From positions 7,440,001-7,504,000 of the forward strand of contig CATNEN010000007.1 in NCBI GenBank assembly GCA_950097015.1: a DNA stretch of 64,000 bases, written 5' to 3'. Positions 25,197 through 37,845 of this stretch are shown in pieces. The notes below the pieces were generated by a model that saw only the letters and a program-made list of their open reading frames with translations, was not told the DNA's origin and ran no database searches. A program made the position numbers and the translations under genes. Numbering within the stretch: position 1 is the stretch's first letter; every line of letters starts with the position of its first letter. This stretch comes from Macrostomum hystrix. Its lineage: Eukaryota; Animalia; Platyhelminthes.

Positions 25197-26185
25197 CTTC
25201 GCCCGCGCTGGGGTCCACCGGTCCGGCCGGAAGCTACGCCCCGCCTCGCTGGACAGTGTCGGACGCGCTGATCTTCCTGCTGGTGCTGGCCGCCTGGGCA
25301 GCCGCCGTGGCTGTCTTCCTGCACAAGCTCGGCAGCCTGCGGCTCTCCCGCGGCAACCGCTCGGACGGCGCGCGCCACCTGCGCCCGAAGAATCTGGACA
25401 AGGTGCAGGTGTGCGCCGAGCCAAATCACACCGTCATCTATCCGGAGTACGCTCGTGGCTCCCGGATGTCCGTCTGCCTGGAGGAGCGCCAGGCCCGACT
25501 GGCCTGCCTTCAGCGCCGCTACGCCGAGGAGCGCGCCCTGGAAGCTATCGCGGAGCAGCAGGCCTCAGCCATTGTTGTTGAATCGGCCGACGAACTGCCT
25601 TCAGTTGGGGGTGATTTTTGTGGCCTCCGGCCGCCGCACTGGTTCCCCTGGCAGCATCAGCAGCAGCAGCACCAGCCCACCCTGGACGCCATCAGCCTTC
25701 GCCGATTGCCGACCTACGCTGTGACATCTGAGGGCGGCGTCAACCTGCAGGTGCTACCTGCGGCCGGCACCAGCCGCGCCAGCCAGCACCTCTTGCACCC
25801 GGCGTCCGCCGCCGCGGTCGCCTTCAACCCGACCTCCGGGCACAATGGAAAGGAGGCCGCCACAGCAGCCACCCCAGCTGCCACCACCCCGACATCCGCC
25901 ACGGTGACCGCCACCGTCAATGTGAACTCACAGCTGAGCAGCCCAGCGACAAAGCCGGAGGATGAGGCAAAAGAAGAAGAAAAACAGGAGCAGCCGGAGC
26001 AGAGATCAAAGGCGCCGCTGATCCGTCAGTTCAGCGAGTCGACGGTCAGCAATGGCACCGGCAGCGAGTCGGCAGCCGGCGATAGGCCGGGCCGCCTGGC
26101 TAGCCTTGGCAGCTCTATCAAGTCCGAGCCGGACCCGGCGGCAGCCGCTGTGTCCTCGGCGGCCTTCTCAGTCACCAAGCTGTGA
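25197..26185 (+). CDS. FN3/DUF4808-like membrane protein, terminal exon (TM plus cytoplasmic tail)
   Basis: Acceptor ttccgaag|CT, phase 1. TM ALIFLLVLAAWAAAVAVFL, then HKLGSLRL...RPKNLDKVQV...TVIY, which resembles from memory the juxtamembrane region of DUF4808 FN3 proteins. Stop TGA at 26183-26185. The 3-exon CDS is 1470 nt. Confidence 0.8.
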
Positions 26186-26654
26186 TTTCCTGAATCAAAC
26201 TGAGACACTCGTTTTAATTTCAGCAAAAACCACTAATATATTCAAATTTTTATTGTTGTTTATTCATGAAAATCGATCATTTGGTTCGGGAGCTGTCGTG
26301 AAGTAGGCAGGTGTTTGAAAAAGCCGTCTTTTCCATGGTCTATCTACTTCTTTTATCAATTGGTTTAGTTCAATCGGAAGTTCTTAAGTCGTGTAATTTA
26401 ATTTTTGGCACAATAAACTAACTTTGCTACTAATGTAAGTAGAGAACATCGTGCATGATTTACATTTATTCCTCGATCATAATTTCATTCGATTAGCATA
26501 CACCGTCCATATTTGACAAGTTTTATTAATGCTACTCGTAGTATTATTTATAGTCTGTCAAAATGCGTATGGCAAAATTTCTGAACTAATCTACAGTCAC
26601 AAATAAAATTTTCGAATCGAATAAAGTATCACAAAACAAACGTAACTAACAAAA

Positions 26655-27455
26655 CTAGCTGTGCTTCCTGCTTCGATTCTAGCTGAGCTTCCTGCTTCGA
26701 TTCTAGCTTAGCTTCCTGCTTCGATTCTAGCCTTGGTTTCTGCTTCGATTCTAGCTTTGGTTGCTGCTTCGATTCTAGCTGAGCTTCTTGATTTAAGTCT
26801 AGCTGTGCTTCCTGCTTCGATTCTAGCTTTGGTTGCTGCTTCGATTCTAGCTTAGCTTCTTGGTTCAAGTCTAGTTGTGCTTCCTGCTTCGATTCTAGAT
26901 GAGCTTCCTGCTTCGTTTCTAGCTGAGCTTCCTGCTTCGATTCTAGCTGAGCTTCCTGCTTCGATTCTAGCTGAGCTTCTTGATTCAAGTCTAGTTGTGC
27001 TTCCTGCTTCGATTCTATCTGAGCTTCCTGCTTCGATTCTAGCTGAGCTTCCTGCTTCGATTCTAGCTGAGCTTCCTGCTTCGATTCTAGCTGAGCTTCC
27101 TGCTTCGATTCTAGCTGAGCTTCCTGCTTCGATTCTAGCTGAGCTTCTTGATTCAAGTCTAGTTGTGCTTCCTGCTTCGATTCTATCTGAGCTTCCTGCT
27201 TCGATTCTAGCTGAGCTTCCTGCTTCGATTCTAGCTGAGCTTCCTGCTTCGATTCTAGCTGAGCTTCCTGCTTCGATTCTAGCTGAGCTTCCTGCTTCGA
27301 TTCTAGCTGAGCTTCCTGCTTCGATTCTAGCTGAGCTTCCTGCTTCGATTCTAGCTGAGCTTCCTGCTTCGATTCTAGCTTTGGTTCCTGCTTCGATTCT
27401 AGCTGAGCTTCCTGCTTCGATTCTAGCTGAGCTTCCTGCTTCGATTCTAGCTTTG
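26655..27455. repeat. 24-bp GCTAGAATC-family minisatellite in reverse orientation (GATTCTAGCTGAGCTTCCTGCTTC)
   Basis: Its reverse complement GAAGCAGGAAGCTCAGCTAGAATC matches the upstream family. Confidence 0.9.
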
Positions 27456-28623
27456 GTTTTTTAAATATATATTTTTCTTGCTTCGATTCTTGCCAGCTTC
27501 GATTCTAGATACTATTCCCGCTCAGATTCTTTGTTTGGCTAGTGGCTATATTCTTACTGCTGCTATGTTTTTTCTTCGGTTCTTCTTGCCTTTTCGCTGC
27601 GGTTCTTGTTCTGATTCATCTTCGATTCCTGGTTCGATTCTTTAGAATTGTTTCCATCCGCCATTCAAGTCTTGGACTCTTGGATTCTATGTTTTGTGGA
27701 TTGCCATTCTTCTGCAATTTTAGTTTCAACTGAAAGTTTTTAAATTAGAATAAAAAAACTAAAAATGTAAAAAACTGACTGACCTCGCGCGGTTTCTTAA
27801 CAACAGGCGCTTGACCCCGCTCAAATCCAGTTTGAGCAACCTGTGTGCAGTTAGCGGCTGCGCGAGTGATTTCAGTTCAAATTCAAAAGGTGCCAGGCTG
27901 GCTTGCTTTGAAGCCTGCACTACTTTCCACTCCTTCACTTCCCTGCACTCCTCCATGCTGCTTGGAGGGCATTGTAGGGAGGACTACAGCTGCCAAGCGG
28001 CTCGCAGAAGCCGCATTTTTGTCACGCGTGGTATCGGCAGCGGCCATTGTGGCGGAGCCTTTCAGTTTGTTCAGTTGGTCCGCAGTTCTGAATTCGTCAC
28101 GGATGAGTCACCGATTCACCCCCGGCCACTCCAAGTCCCGTTGTTGTCTCGGAGACAAGCTGCACTCCCCTCCCCACAATCCCCTCCGCGTGGCTGTCAA
28201 CTTATTATTTTCTCTCATTCACTCTCGAGCGAAGGTCCGCGGCGACCCGGCCGGCCTGGCGAGTGACAGCGGCTGCGGCTGAGTCCGCCTTTGAGTAGTG
28301 TGGACAACGCGGGAAGTGGAGGCGAGGGTGGGCGGGGATCTGAGTGGCAAGCTGGGAGTGCCTGGACTATTAAGGTTTTCGGCGTTATGCGAATTCTGCC
28401 TCAACTAGTGTCCTACTTAGGTTGCTTAATTTGTCAGGCTAGCCGAGTGAGAGAAGGGAGTGGGAAGAGCCAAACCTGACCCCTCACTGCTCTGCCAGTT
28501 TTCCTCTGCAAAAGTACATAGCTCGTACTTAGGAGGGATAGTAGGTGGATAATTTCAAAAATATTAATAAATATATAGAATCGAAATTATCGAACGGAAA
28601 ATTGTAAGCCAACTGATTTGCCA

Positions 28624-29195
28624 CGATTCTAGCGGTCAGTCTAGCTACGATTCTAGCTGCCAGTCTAGCTGCGATTCTAGCGGTCAGTCTAGCTTCGATT
28701 CTAGCGGTCAGTCTAGCTACGATTCTAGCTGCCAGTCTAGCTGCGATTCTAGCTGCCAGTCTAGCGGCGATTCTAGCTGCCAGTCTAGCTGCGATTCTAG
28801 CTGCCAGTCTTGCTGCGATTCTAGCTGCCAGTCTTGCTGCGATTCTAGCTGCCAGTCTTGCTGCGATTCTAGCTGCCAGTCTAGCTGCGATTCTAGCTGC
28901 CAGTCTTGCTGCGATTCTAGCTGCCAGTCTTGCTGCGATTCTAGCTGCCAGTCTAGCTGCGATTATAGCTGCTAGTCTAGCTTCGATTCTAGCTGCCAGT
29001 CTAGCTTCGATTCTAGCTGCTAGTCTAGCTGCGATTCTAGCTGCCAGTCTAGCTTAGATTCTAGCTGCTAGTCTAGCTGCGATTCTAGCTGCCAGTCTTG
29101 CTGCGATTCTAGCTGCTAGTCTAGCTTAGATTCTAGCTGCGATTCTAGCTGCCAATCTAGCTGCGATTCTAGCTTCGACTCCCGCTGCGATTCCA
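28624..29195. repeat. GATTCTAGC-core minisatellite (GCGATTCTAGCTGCCAGTCTAGCT), reverse orientation
   Basis: Tandem 24-bp units. Confidence 0.9.
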
Positions 29196-29907
29196 GTTTA
29201 TCGAAATTATTGAACCGGAGAAAGAGTTAGTCCTGCCATTTTTTCATGTTAGGAACAGAGATGAGTGAAGGTATCGGGCCAAAGTGTGAGAGAGTGCGGG
29301 AAATGAAGCATGATAGAGACACACTTGCCACTTCTATCTGTCTCTGTGGTCTTTCTGCCGAGTCCGCGTTGCATTTTGAGTGGCTGACGCGAAGTGTCCG
29401 CGCCGCAACGAAAGTGTGTGGGCGGAGGGGGAGGCGATGCGGGGGAAGGAAACCGGAGGTCGGCCAGTGGCCGCAGTTTAATCCTCAACAATGGCCCCCC
29501 GACTGCCAATAACTCGCTGTTGAGTTGCTCCGGTTGTTGCAGCGAGAGACTGGAAGCATTTTTTTATCGCCGGAGTGGCTGCTCCGAGGTCTCGGCGAGG
29601 TGCAATTGAGCGCACAGGTGCAACAGCATGGCTCAGGCCCGGGTGAGTCCGCTTTGAGCACGAATTTGGCTCTAACTCAGGGAACTAATTATTGCTTTGG
29701 TTTTCAAGGAACATGCACTATTAGATTATTACATGGCTTTGATTTAGCTTCAGATCCCAAATTAAAGTCCGTTTGATGGGGGACATTGACTCGCTCGGAT
29801 ATGATATGTTCCTTTTCCTGATGCCCTTCCAAAATTAATTTTCCTAGCTCTAAGCTTTGCCTCTCTTTCAGTTTGCCATGACTGTCTTGCATTGTATTGA
29901 CCAAAGC

Positions 29908-32391
29908 TGTCTGTTCTAGGTGTCTGTCTGTCAATTCTGGGTGTCTGCCTGTCAATTCTGGGTGTCTGTGTGTCAATTCTGGGTGTCTGTCTGTCAATTC
30001 TGGGTGTCTGTCTGTCAATTCTGGGTGTCTGTGTGTCAATTCTGGGTGTCTGTCTGTCAATTCTGGGTGTCTGCCTGTCAATTCTGGGTGTCTGTGTGTC
30101 AATTCTGGGTGTCTGTCTGTCAATTCTGGGTGTCTGTCTGTCAATTCTGGGTGTCTGTGTGTCAATTCTGGGTGTCTGTCTGTCAATTCTGGGTGTCTGC
30201 CTGTCAATTCTGGGTGTCTGCCTGTCAATTCTGGGTGTCTGCCTGTCAATTCTGGGTGTCTGTCTGTCAATTCTGGGTGTCTGCCTGTCAATTCTGGGTT
30301 TCTGTCTGTCAATTCTGGGTTTCTGTCTGTCAATTCTGGGTGTCTGTCTGTCAATTCTGGGTGTCTATGTGTCAATTCTGGGTGTCTGCCTGTCAATTCT
30401 GGGTGTCTGTGTGTCAGTTCTAGTTGTCTGTGTGTCAGTTCTAGTTGTCTGTGTGTCAGTTCTAGTTGTCTGTGTGTCAGTTCTAGTTGTCTGTGTGTCA
30501 GTTCTAGTTGTCTGTGTGTCAGTTCTAGTAGTCTGTCTGTCAGTTCTAGTTATCTGTCTGTCAGTTCTAGTTGTCTGTGTGTCAGTTCTAGTAGTCTGTC
30601 TGTCAGTTCTAGTTATCTGTCTGTCAGTTCTAGTTATCTGTCTGTCAGTTCTAGTTATCTGTCTGTCAGTTCTAGTTATCTGTCTGTCAGTTCTAGTTGT
30701 CTGTGTGTCAGTTCAAGTTGTCTGTGTGTCAGTTCTAGTTGTCTGTGTGTCAGTTCAAGTTGTCTGTGTGTCAGTTCTAGTTGTCTGTGTGTCAGTTCTA
30801 GTAGTCTGTCTGTCAGTTCTAGTTATCTGTCTGTCAGTTCTAGTTATCTGTCTGTCAGTTCTAGTTGTCTGTGTGTCAGTTCAAGTTGTCTGTGTGTCAG
30901 TTCTAGTTGTCTGTCTGTCAGTTCTAGTTGTCTGTGTGTCAGTTCTAGTTGTCTGTGTGTCAGTTCTAGTAGTCTGTCTGTCAGTTCTAGTTATCTGTCT
31001 GTCAGTTCTAGTTATCTGTCTGTCAGTTCTAGTTATCTGTCTGTCAGTTCTAGTTGTCTGTGTGTCAGTTCAAGTTGTCTGTGTGTCAGTTCTAGTTGTC
31101 TGTGTGTCAGTTCTAGTAGTCTGTCTGTCAGTTCTAGTTATCTGTCTGTCAGTTCTAGTTATCTGTCTGTCAGTTCTAGTTGTCTGTGTGTCAGTTCAAG
31201 TTGTCTGTGTGTCAGTTCTAGTTGTCTGTCTGTCAGTTCTAGTTGTCTGTGTGTCAGTTCTAGTTGTCTGTGTGTCAGTTCTAGTTGTCTGTGTGTCAGT
31301 TCAAGTTGTCTGTGTGTCAGTTATAGTTGTCTGTGTGTCAGTTCTAGTAGTCTGTCTGTCAGTTCTAGTTGTCTGTCTGTCAGTTCAAGTTGTCTGTGTG
31401 TCAGTTCTAGTTGTCTGTGTGTCAGTTCTAGTTGTCTGTGTGTCAGTTCTAGTTGTCTGTGTGTCAGTTCTAGTAGTCTGTCTGTCAGTTCTAGTTATCT
31501 GTCTGTCAGTTCTAGTTATCTGTCTGTCAGTTCTAGTTGTCTGTGTGTCAGTTCAAGTTGTCTGTGTGTCAGTTCTAGTTGTCTGTGTGTCAGTTCTAGT
31601 AGTCTGTCTGTCAGTTCTAGTTATCTGTCTGTCAGTTCTAGTTATCTGTCTGTCAGTTCTAGTTGTCTGTGTGTCAGTTCAAGTTGTCTGTGTGTCAGTT
31701 CTAGTTGTCTGTCTGTCAGTTCTAGTTGTCTGTCTGTCAGTTCTAGTTGTCTGTGTGTCAGTTCTAGTTGTCTGTGTGTCAGTTCTAGTTGTCTGTGTGT
31801 CAGTTATAGTTGTCTGTGTGTCAGTTCTAGTAGTCTGTCTGTCAGTTCTAGTTGTCTGTCTGTCAGTTCAAGTTGTCTGTGTGTCAGTTCTAGTTGTCTG
31901 TGTGTCAGTTCTAGTTGTCTGTCTGTCAGTTCTAGTTGTCTGTGTGTTAGTTCTAGTTGTCTGTGTGTCAGTTCTAGTTGTCTGTCTGTCAGTTCTAGTT
32001 GTCTGTGTGTCAGTTCTAGTTGTCTGTGTGTCAGTTCTAGTTGTCTGTCTGTCAGTTCTAGTTGTCTGTGTGTCAGTTCTAGTTGTCTGTGTGTCAGTTC
32101 TAGTTGTCTGTGTGTCAGTTCTAGTTGTCTGTGTGTCAGTTCTAGTTGTCTGTGTGTCAGTTCTAGTTGTCTGTCTGTCAGTTCAAGTTGTCTGTGTGTC
32201 AGTTCTAGTTGTCTGTGTGTCAGTTCTAGTTGTCTGTCTGTCAGTTCTAGTTGTCTGTGTGTCAGTTCTAGTTGTCTGTGTGTCAGTTCTAGTTGTCTGT
32301 CTGTCAGTTCTAGTTGTCTGTGTGTCAGTTCTAGTTGTCTGTGTGTCAGTTCTAGTTGTCTGTCTGTCAGTTGTAGTTGTCTGTCAGTTCT
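29908..32391. repeat. 21-bp minisatellite with two sub-arrays (GTCAATTCTGGGTGTCTGTCT, then GTCAGTTCTAGTTGTCTGTGT)
   Basis: Tandem repeats with an abrupt variant switch near 30415. Confidence 0.95.
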
Positions 32392-32938
32392 AAAAGTCTA
32401 TGCATTTAGAGTATTTTTAGTTGGCATATAATGTCTAGTTATATAATCAAGTAAATTATTCTTGTAATTGTGCGATAGTGAGTTGAAGTACAGTGAAATA
32501 GTAAAAAATATTGAGATAATCTAATGGCGAACAAGTATGCATCGGTCAGTATGTACGTGGTTGTTGTTCTGACGTATCCAGTACCTGGCTAGCATGTGGG
32601 CAGGTGGGCATCTGGCGTCATTTTCTACCACACGCGCGCACAACCCACTGGCGTCTTCTGTTGCTGGTTTGTCAAAGTCCCGGTTCAACTGAATCCCCAT
32701 TTTTCACTGCGCAGTGAGTGTGTGTACCGCCCTCTTCCTTCTCCTGGGAGTATTCAGCTTACCGTCAAACGAAGATAAGGAAGAGATTAACATAAAATTA
32801 TCTTGAACTGCTGACTTTCTTTTCTAGCTTTGAAAGGAGCGAGCAAATATGATCGATCTATTCTACTTGTCAGCGCACTGGCAGTAGCATTGGTTGTAAA
32901 TTGCATGTATAATTTGTTATTAATTTGGCCTTTGCAAG

Positions 32939-33171
32939 CAGGAGCAGCCTCAGCCGGTGCCGCCCGATTGCCGCGTCTGCGGCGGCCGCGTTGGCAATGA
33001 TGGCAGCGACTGCTGTTGCTGCAGCAATGTACCAACCGTGCAGCGGCCAGTTTCGCCTCTAAAGTATCAACAATATCGCCAAATGATGGTTAAATTGCAG
33101 CAGCAGCAACTGCAGTACAAACCAGGTCGTTTCGCCGGCGTTCACTCTTTCGCGGCTTCTGTATCTAACAG
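32939..33171 (+). CDS. KIF26: Probable N-terminal exon of KIF26-like kinesin (CxxC-containing)
   Basis: Acceptor ttgcaag|CAG (or 3 nt later). Encodes QEQPQPVPPDCRVCGG...SFAASVSNR. The donor AG|gtgaca is phase 2 and matches the phase-2 acceptor at 50508. Intervening exons are not excluded. Confidence 0.5.
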
Positions 33172-33210
33172 GTGACAATTGAAAAGTTTTAGAGAATATT
33201 CAAAATTGTG

Positions 33211-33588
33211 GCAGCTCAGGTGTGTGGGGTAGCTCAGGTGTGGGGTAGCTCAGGTGTTGGGTAGCTCAGGTGTGGGGTAGCTCAGGTGTTGGGTAGCTCA
33301 GGTGTGGGATAGCTCAGGTGTGGGGTAGCTCAGGTGTGGGGTAGCTCAGGTGTTGGGTAGCTCAGGTGTTGGGTAGCTCAGGTGTTGGGTAGCTCAGGTG
33401 TTGGGTAGCTCAGTTGCGGGGTAGCTCAGGTGTTGGGTAGCTCAGTTGCGGGGTAGCTCAGGTGTGTGGGGTAGCTCAGGTTTGGGGTAGCTCAGGTGTG
33501 GGGTAGCTCAGGTTTGGGGTAGCTCAGGTTTGGGGTAGCTCAGTTGCGGGGTAGCTCAGGTGTTGGGTAGCTCAGGTGCGGGGTAGCC
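33211..33588. repeat. 16-bp minisatellite GGGGTAGCTCAGGTGT
   Basis: Tandem repeats. Confidence 0.93.
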
Positions 33589-33976
33589 GGGAGATAAATA
33601 GAGCCATAAATGAATAAGCACTGACCCACCAACCATGCTAGTTCTCTGTACCTTTTGCCCAACCCTGTGTGTCACCGTTGGCGCTTGAATAATAAATTCC
33701 TACTGCAAATTTCACTCCGACAGATAAACAGCCTAACACACTGAGATGAGGCAATGGAAATGAGCACATTATTAGGGTTGAAGAAAAACTCTACTTTAGT
33801 GCAGGGGTACCGTGGATGTACTTTCTTAACGGGCCTTAGTCAAACTGTTGACACCTGTTGACACCTGAGGAGAATTATCCCCAAAATAGGCATCCCCTCC
33901 AAGTAGCTGCTACCTATTGCCCGCGAGGCCTGAACCAATCATCCCCTTAAAAAAGAAAAGTTAACATATTTTATCC

Positions 33977-34358
33977 AATAATAAAATAATAATAATAATA
34001 ATACGAAGTAATTGCAGGAGGGCTGCGGGCAATGGCGCATCATTTGGTGACACTAGACCCGCAGCCAGCGAGGAGGCAATTCTGCCCATTTCGCTGACTC
34101 CTGAGCACACACGCACACAGATACTGTACGCAGGCACACGCTCACACAGGTGTGTACATCTGCCCTGACTTTCTCGTCGTCAGGCAGTGTACACTTTCAT
34201 TGTGCCTTGGAGGTTGGCCCTCAAGGGCGCAAATTGCACGACAAGCCCCCAAGCCTTCTCTCTGCGACTGCGCTCCAAAGAATGTGGCCTCGCCGTGGAA
34301 TCGAACTTAAGGCCGTGGTGCGAGTGGCAAACGCGTTAACCGCTCTGCCACCGACCCC
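33977..34358 (-). mobile_element. tRNA-derived SINE, copy 2 (most complete)
   Basis: Minus strand reads GGGGTCGG-TGGCAGAGCGG (A box)...AGTTCGATTCC (B box). Body shared with 7283-7592. Ends in a (TAT)n tail (plus-strand AAT repeats at 33977-34003). Confidence 0.85.
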
Positions 34359-35589
34359 CCTAATTTATACAAAGCAAATGTTCAATTAAAACGTTTTAAA
34401 ATACGAACTCCACAGCCACACCCACGCGTCGAAAAGCCGACATTTGAGCAATTCTCTCACTCAGCCTCTGGCCAACGCGCGGAGATCAGCATCATCCCCG
34501 CTGTGTCCTCCCCAATAAGCAGTCTCTGAGACCGTTGTCCCCGAGACCAGTGGCAGCCGTGACAGTTTTGGCCTGTCCGTTGCAACAGACTGAAAATATT
34601 TCTCTCCGCAGCCACTTGTCCCGCCTCCTGTCTGGGTTAGCGCGAGATGAATTGCACCAGATCCCATAGATGAGCCTTTCCCCCTAATGCAAATTGAGAC
34701 CACTGAGCTCAGAGTGGCTGCTTAGCCAGCTGGGGGATATGGGCTGCCGTGAAGTGCAGCCCTGATGGTCCGCCTAACGATGATTTCCCCTTCTTGAGCA
34801 GTGCGAGTATTAATGTGCGCGCGCGCGTGTGTTCTCAATTCCCCGACTCTGAGCTGTTATTCTTCCCATACCAAAGTTGGCCTTATTTTTGCGGTCCCTA
34901 TCAGGCCGGATGGCACTATACAGACATTCTCAGACGTGATCATACTTTCTCATTTGCTAACTTTCACACAAAAGCAGAGCAGAGGGTTTTGGGGTAGTAA
35001 ATGGAGAGCAGGCCAGTGGGTGGGGCTGACCACTCAGTCTCGCCATTGTTTGGGCAGCACTGCGTCATCATTTAGCTCCGCTTTCACTATTCCTCTTCAT
35101 TGCCACTGACTGTCAGGCGCTCAACTGATTCTCCCCCTTTCAGACACTCGGCCCTCTTCTGCTCCCCTCGTAATCTCCTAGTTTTATCCCTTCGCAGCAA
35201 CTCCAGAAGCATTAGCTGCCAAATCCCAGCGGCTTTGTCCCCAGCCCCCACCGGATCCCACGGCTGGCATTCCCTGCTGGCTATCCGAGAATCTCGGCAA
35301 AGAATTTCTCTGACTAAAAATAGTCTGGGGATTAGATTAGGCTGAGTGGGGAAGTTTGTTTTAACTCAGGTTAGCAGCTGCATCACCTGGTCTGGGACAC
35401 TCGATAGTTTGCGAGCCGCTGACTGAAGTGTAAATTGCGCGAGTGACTTACAGAAAACTCGCTGGAAGTTTATGAGTTCCGTGAGGCAAATGTAAGGCAC
35501 AACACCTATTCCAGACTGGCTAACACACTAGCCAGAAAATATTTGCCCAAGATAATCACAAGAATCATACACAACAGTAGCGGTAGAAA

Positions 35590-36676
35590 GATTCGTAGAC
35601 GTAGCAAGAATCGTAGCCGTAGCTAGAGTCGTAGCCGAAGCTAGGATCGTAGCCGTAGCTAAAATCATAGATGTTGTTAGAATCGTAGCCATACTAGCTA
35701 GAATCGTAGCCATATCTGAAATCGTAGTGGTAGCTAGAATCGTAGCCGTAGATAGAATCGTAGCCGTAGATAGAATCGTAGCCGTAGATAGAATCGTAGC
35801 CGTAGATAGAATCGTAACCGTAGATAGAATCGTAGCCGTAGATAGAATCGTAGCCGTAGATAGAATCGTAGCCGTAGCTAGAATCGTAGCCTTAGCTGGA
35901 ATCGTTGATGCTATTAAAATCGGAGCCGTAGCTTGAATCGCAGATATTGCCAGAATCCTACGAGCTAGATATTGCTAGAATCCTAGATATTGCTAGAATC
36001 CTAGATATTGCTAGAATCCTAGATATTGCTAGAATCCTAGATATTGCTAGAATCGTAGATATTGCTAGAATCCTAGATATTGCTAGAATCCTAGATATTG
36101 CTAGAATCCTAGATATTGCTAGAATCGAAGATATTGCTAGAATCCTAGATATTGCTAGAATCCTAGATATTGCTAGAATCCTAGATATTGCTAGAATCCT
36201 AGATATTGCTAGAATCGTAGATATTGCTAGAATCCTAGATATTGCTAGAATCCTAGATATTGCTAGAATCCTAGATATTGCTAGAATCGAAGATATTGCT
36301 AGAATCCTAGATATTGCTAGAATCCTAGATATTGCTAGAGTCCTAGATATTGCTAGAATCCTAGATATTGCCTGAATCCTAGAGATATTGCTAGAATCCT
36401 AGATATTGCCTGAATCCTAGAGATATTGCTAGAATCCTAGATATTGCTAGAATCCTAGAGATATTGCTAGAATCCTAGATATTGCTAGAATCTTAGATAT
36501 TGCTATAATCCTAGATATTGCTAAAATCCTAGATATTGCTAGAATCTTAGATATTGCTAGAATCCTAGATATTGCTAGAATCTTAGATATTGCTAGAATC
36601 CTAGATATTGCTAAAATCCCAGATATTGCTAGAATCTTAGATATTGCTAGAATCCTAGATATTGCTAGAATCCTAG
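35590..36676. repeat. 18-bp GCTAGAATC-family minisatellites (GATAGAATCGTAGCCGTA, then GCTAGAATCCTAGATATT)
   Basis: Tandem repeats. Confidence 0.92.
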
Positions 36677-37667
36677 CCGCATGAAGATTCGCCCACTTCG
36701 CAACGCCCTGTATTTCAGGCTGTTTCGCCAGCGGCCTGCGCTGAGCCCTGGTAGCTATCTGCCCGGCCTGCCAGCTAACAGCAGATCCGACGCGCCTGTA
36801 AGTTGTGCCTGGCACACTACAAATAATTAGGTTCTTAAATCTGTTTCTCGTAGGGGTTGAACTAATGGTGATTCGGATTCGAACTCATGACCTTATGAGT
36901 GCATTTGAAAGTTTGTTTCTAAGAAAAAAAATTTCCGAGCTGCAGTCGGGTTCTGGGGCTAAGTGTGTTTGAGACACTGAAGGCAGGTATCGGAGATAAG
37001 CGGTGCTCAACTACTTCAAATATTGGCGCCACCCGCGCCGCGGCAGCCACCGGCTGTGTTATTTCTTTTTTTTCTCTCTTCATTTCTGTTTGGCCAAGGT
37101 CGGCCGGAGACGATGCCGCTTAAAAAATGCTCCTCCGCTTCTTGTCCCCACCTGCCTACCGCAGCCAACCCCCCCTGGACCAGTCTGTTGATTGTGGATC
37201 AATAATTCATTACTGAACTGATACTGCAGTAGCGGCCCGGTGGCTTTCTCATGCGGCTCTCACATTTTCACTTTCTAGTGCGTCTCGTGCATACTTTTTC
37301 ATCCCGAACCGGCTCTGGCACCATTCGATCGCCTCGTCTGTTTCTCTCCATTTTAGTTTGCACTTTTGAAATATTTTATTTATTTATTTCCCACATCACT
37401 AAATTGAATATTATTTTCAGTCTAGATAGAAAATGAGCACTTGAGTTCTTAAGAGTCTGAATAAGACGAGGCTGATATCAGACCCAAATTGTGCGATACA
37501 ATTTCAACGCCATAGCTCACCCGTGTCCTATATAGACAAAAATCCTCTAACTAGTGCAGCTTGCCATCCCAGACAGTCGACTCGCTTGGTCAACAGTACT
37601 CATTCGACAAAATTCGTTAAATTTTATTAGTTTTAAAAAGGCACCAAACCGCAACATCAAAGCTCTG

Positions 37668-37845
37668 ACAGTCAACTCACTCCCGACAGCCACCTCACTC
37701 CCGACAGCCACCTCACTCCCGACAGCCACCTCACTCCCGACAGCCACCTCACTCCCGACAGCCACCTCACTCCCGACAGCCACCTCACTCCCGACAGCAA
37801 CCTCACTCCCGACAGCCACCTCACTCCCGACAGCCACCTTACTCC
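37668..37845. repeat. 18-bp minisatellite CACCTCACTCCCGACAGC
   Basis: About 9 copies. Confidence 0.9.

Noticed and set aside
29394-29645. Possible earlier KIF26 exon (SCSGCCSERLEAF; donor-like GG|gtgagt near 29642)
   Set aside because: No convincing start codon or acceptor in that frame, and no consistent junction could be fixed.
29897-32431. 844-aa and 807-aa ORFs, and similar long ORFs at 3396, 5489, 44804, 51416 and 52918
   Set aside because: Translations of tandem repeats that lack stops in some frames; no domain content or splice context.
36865-36900. tRNA gene suggested by a minus-strand B box (GAGTTCGAATCC); similar motif near 947-960
   Set aside because: No A box or cloverleaf could be built; at most SINE debris.
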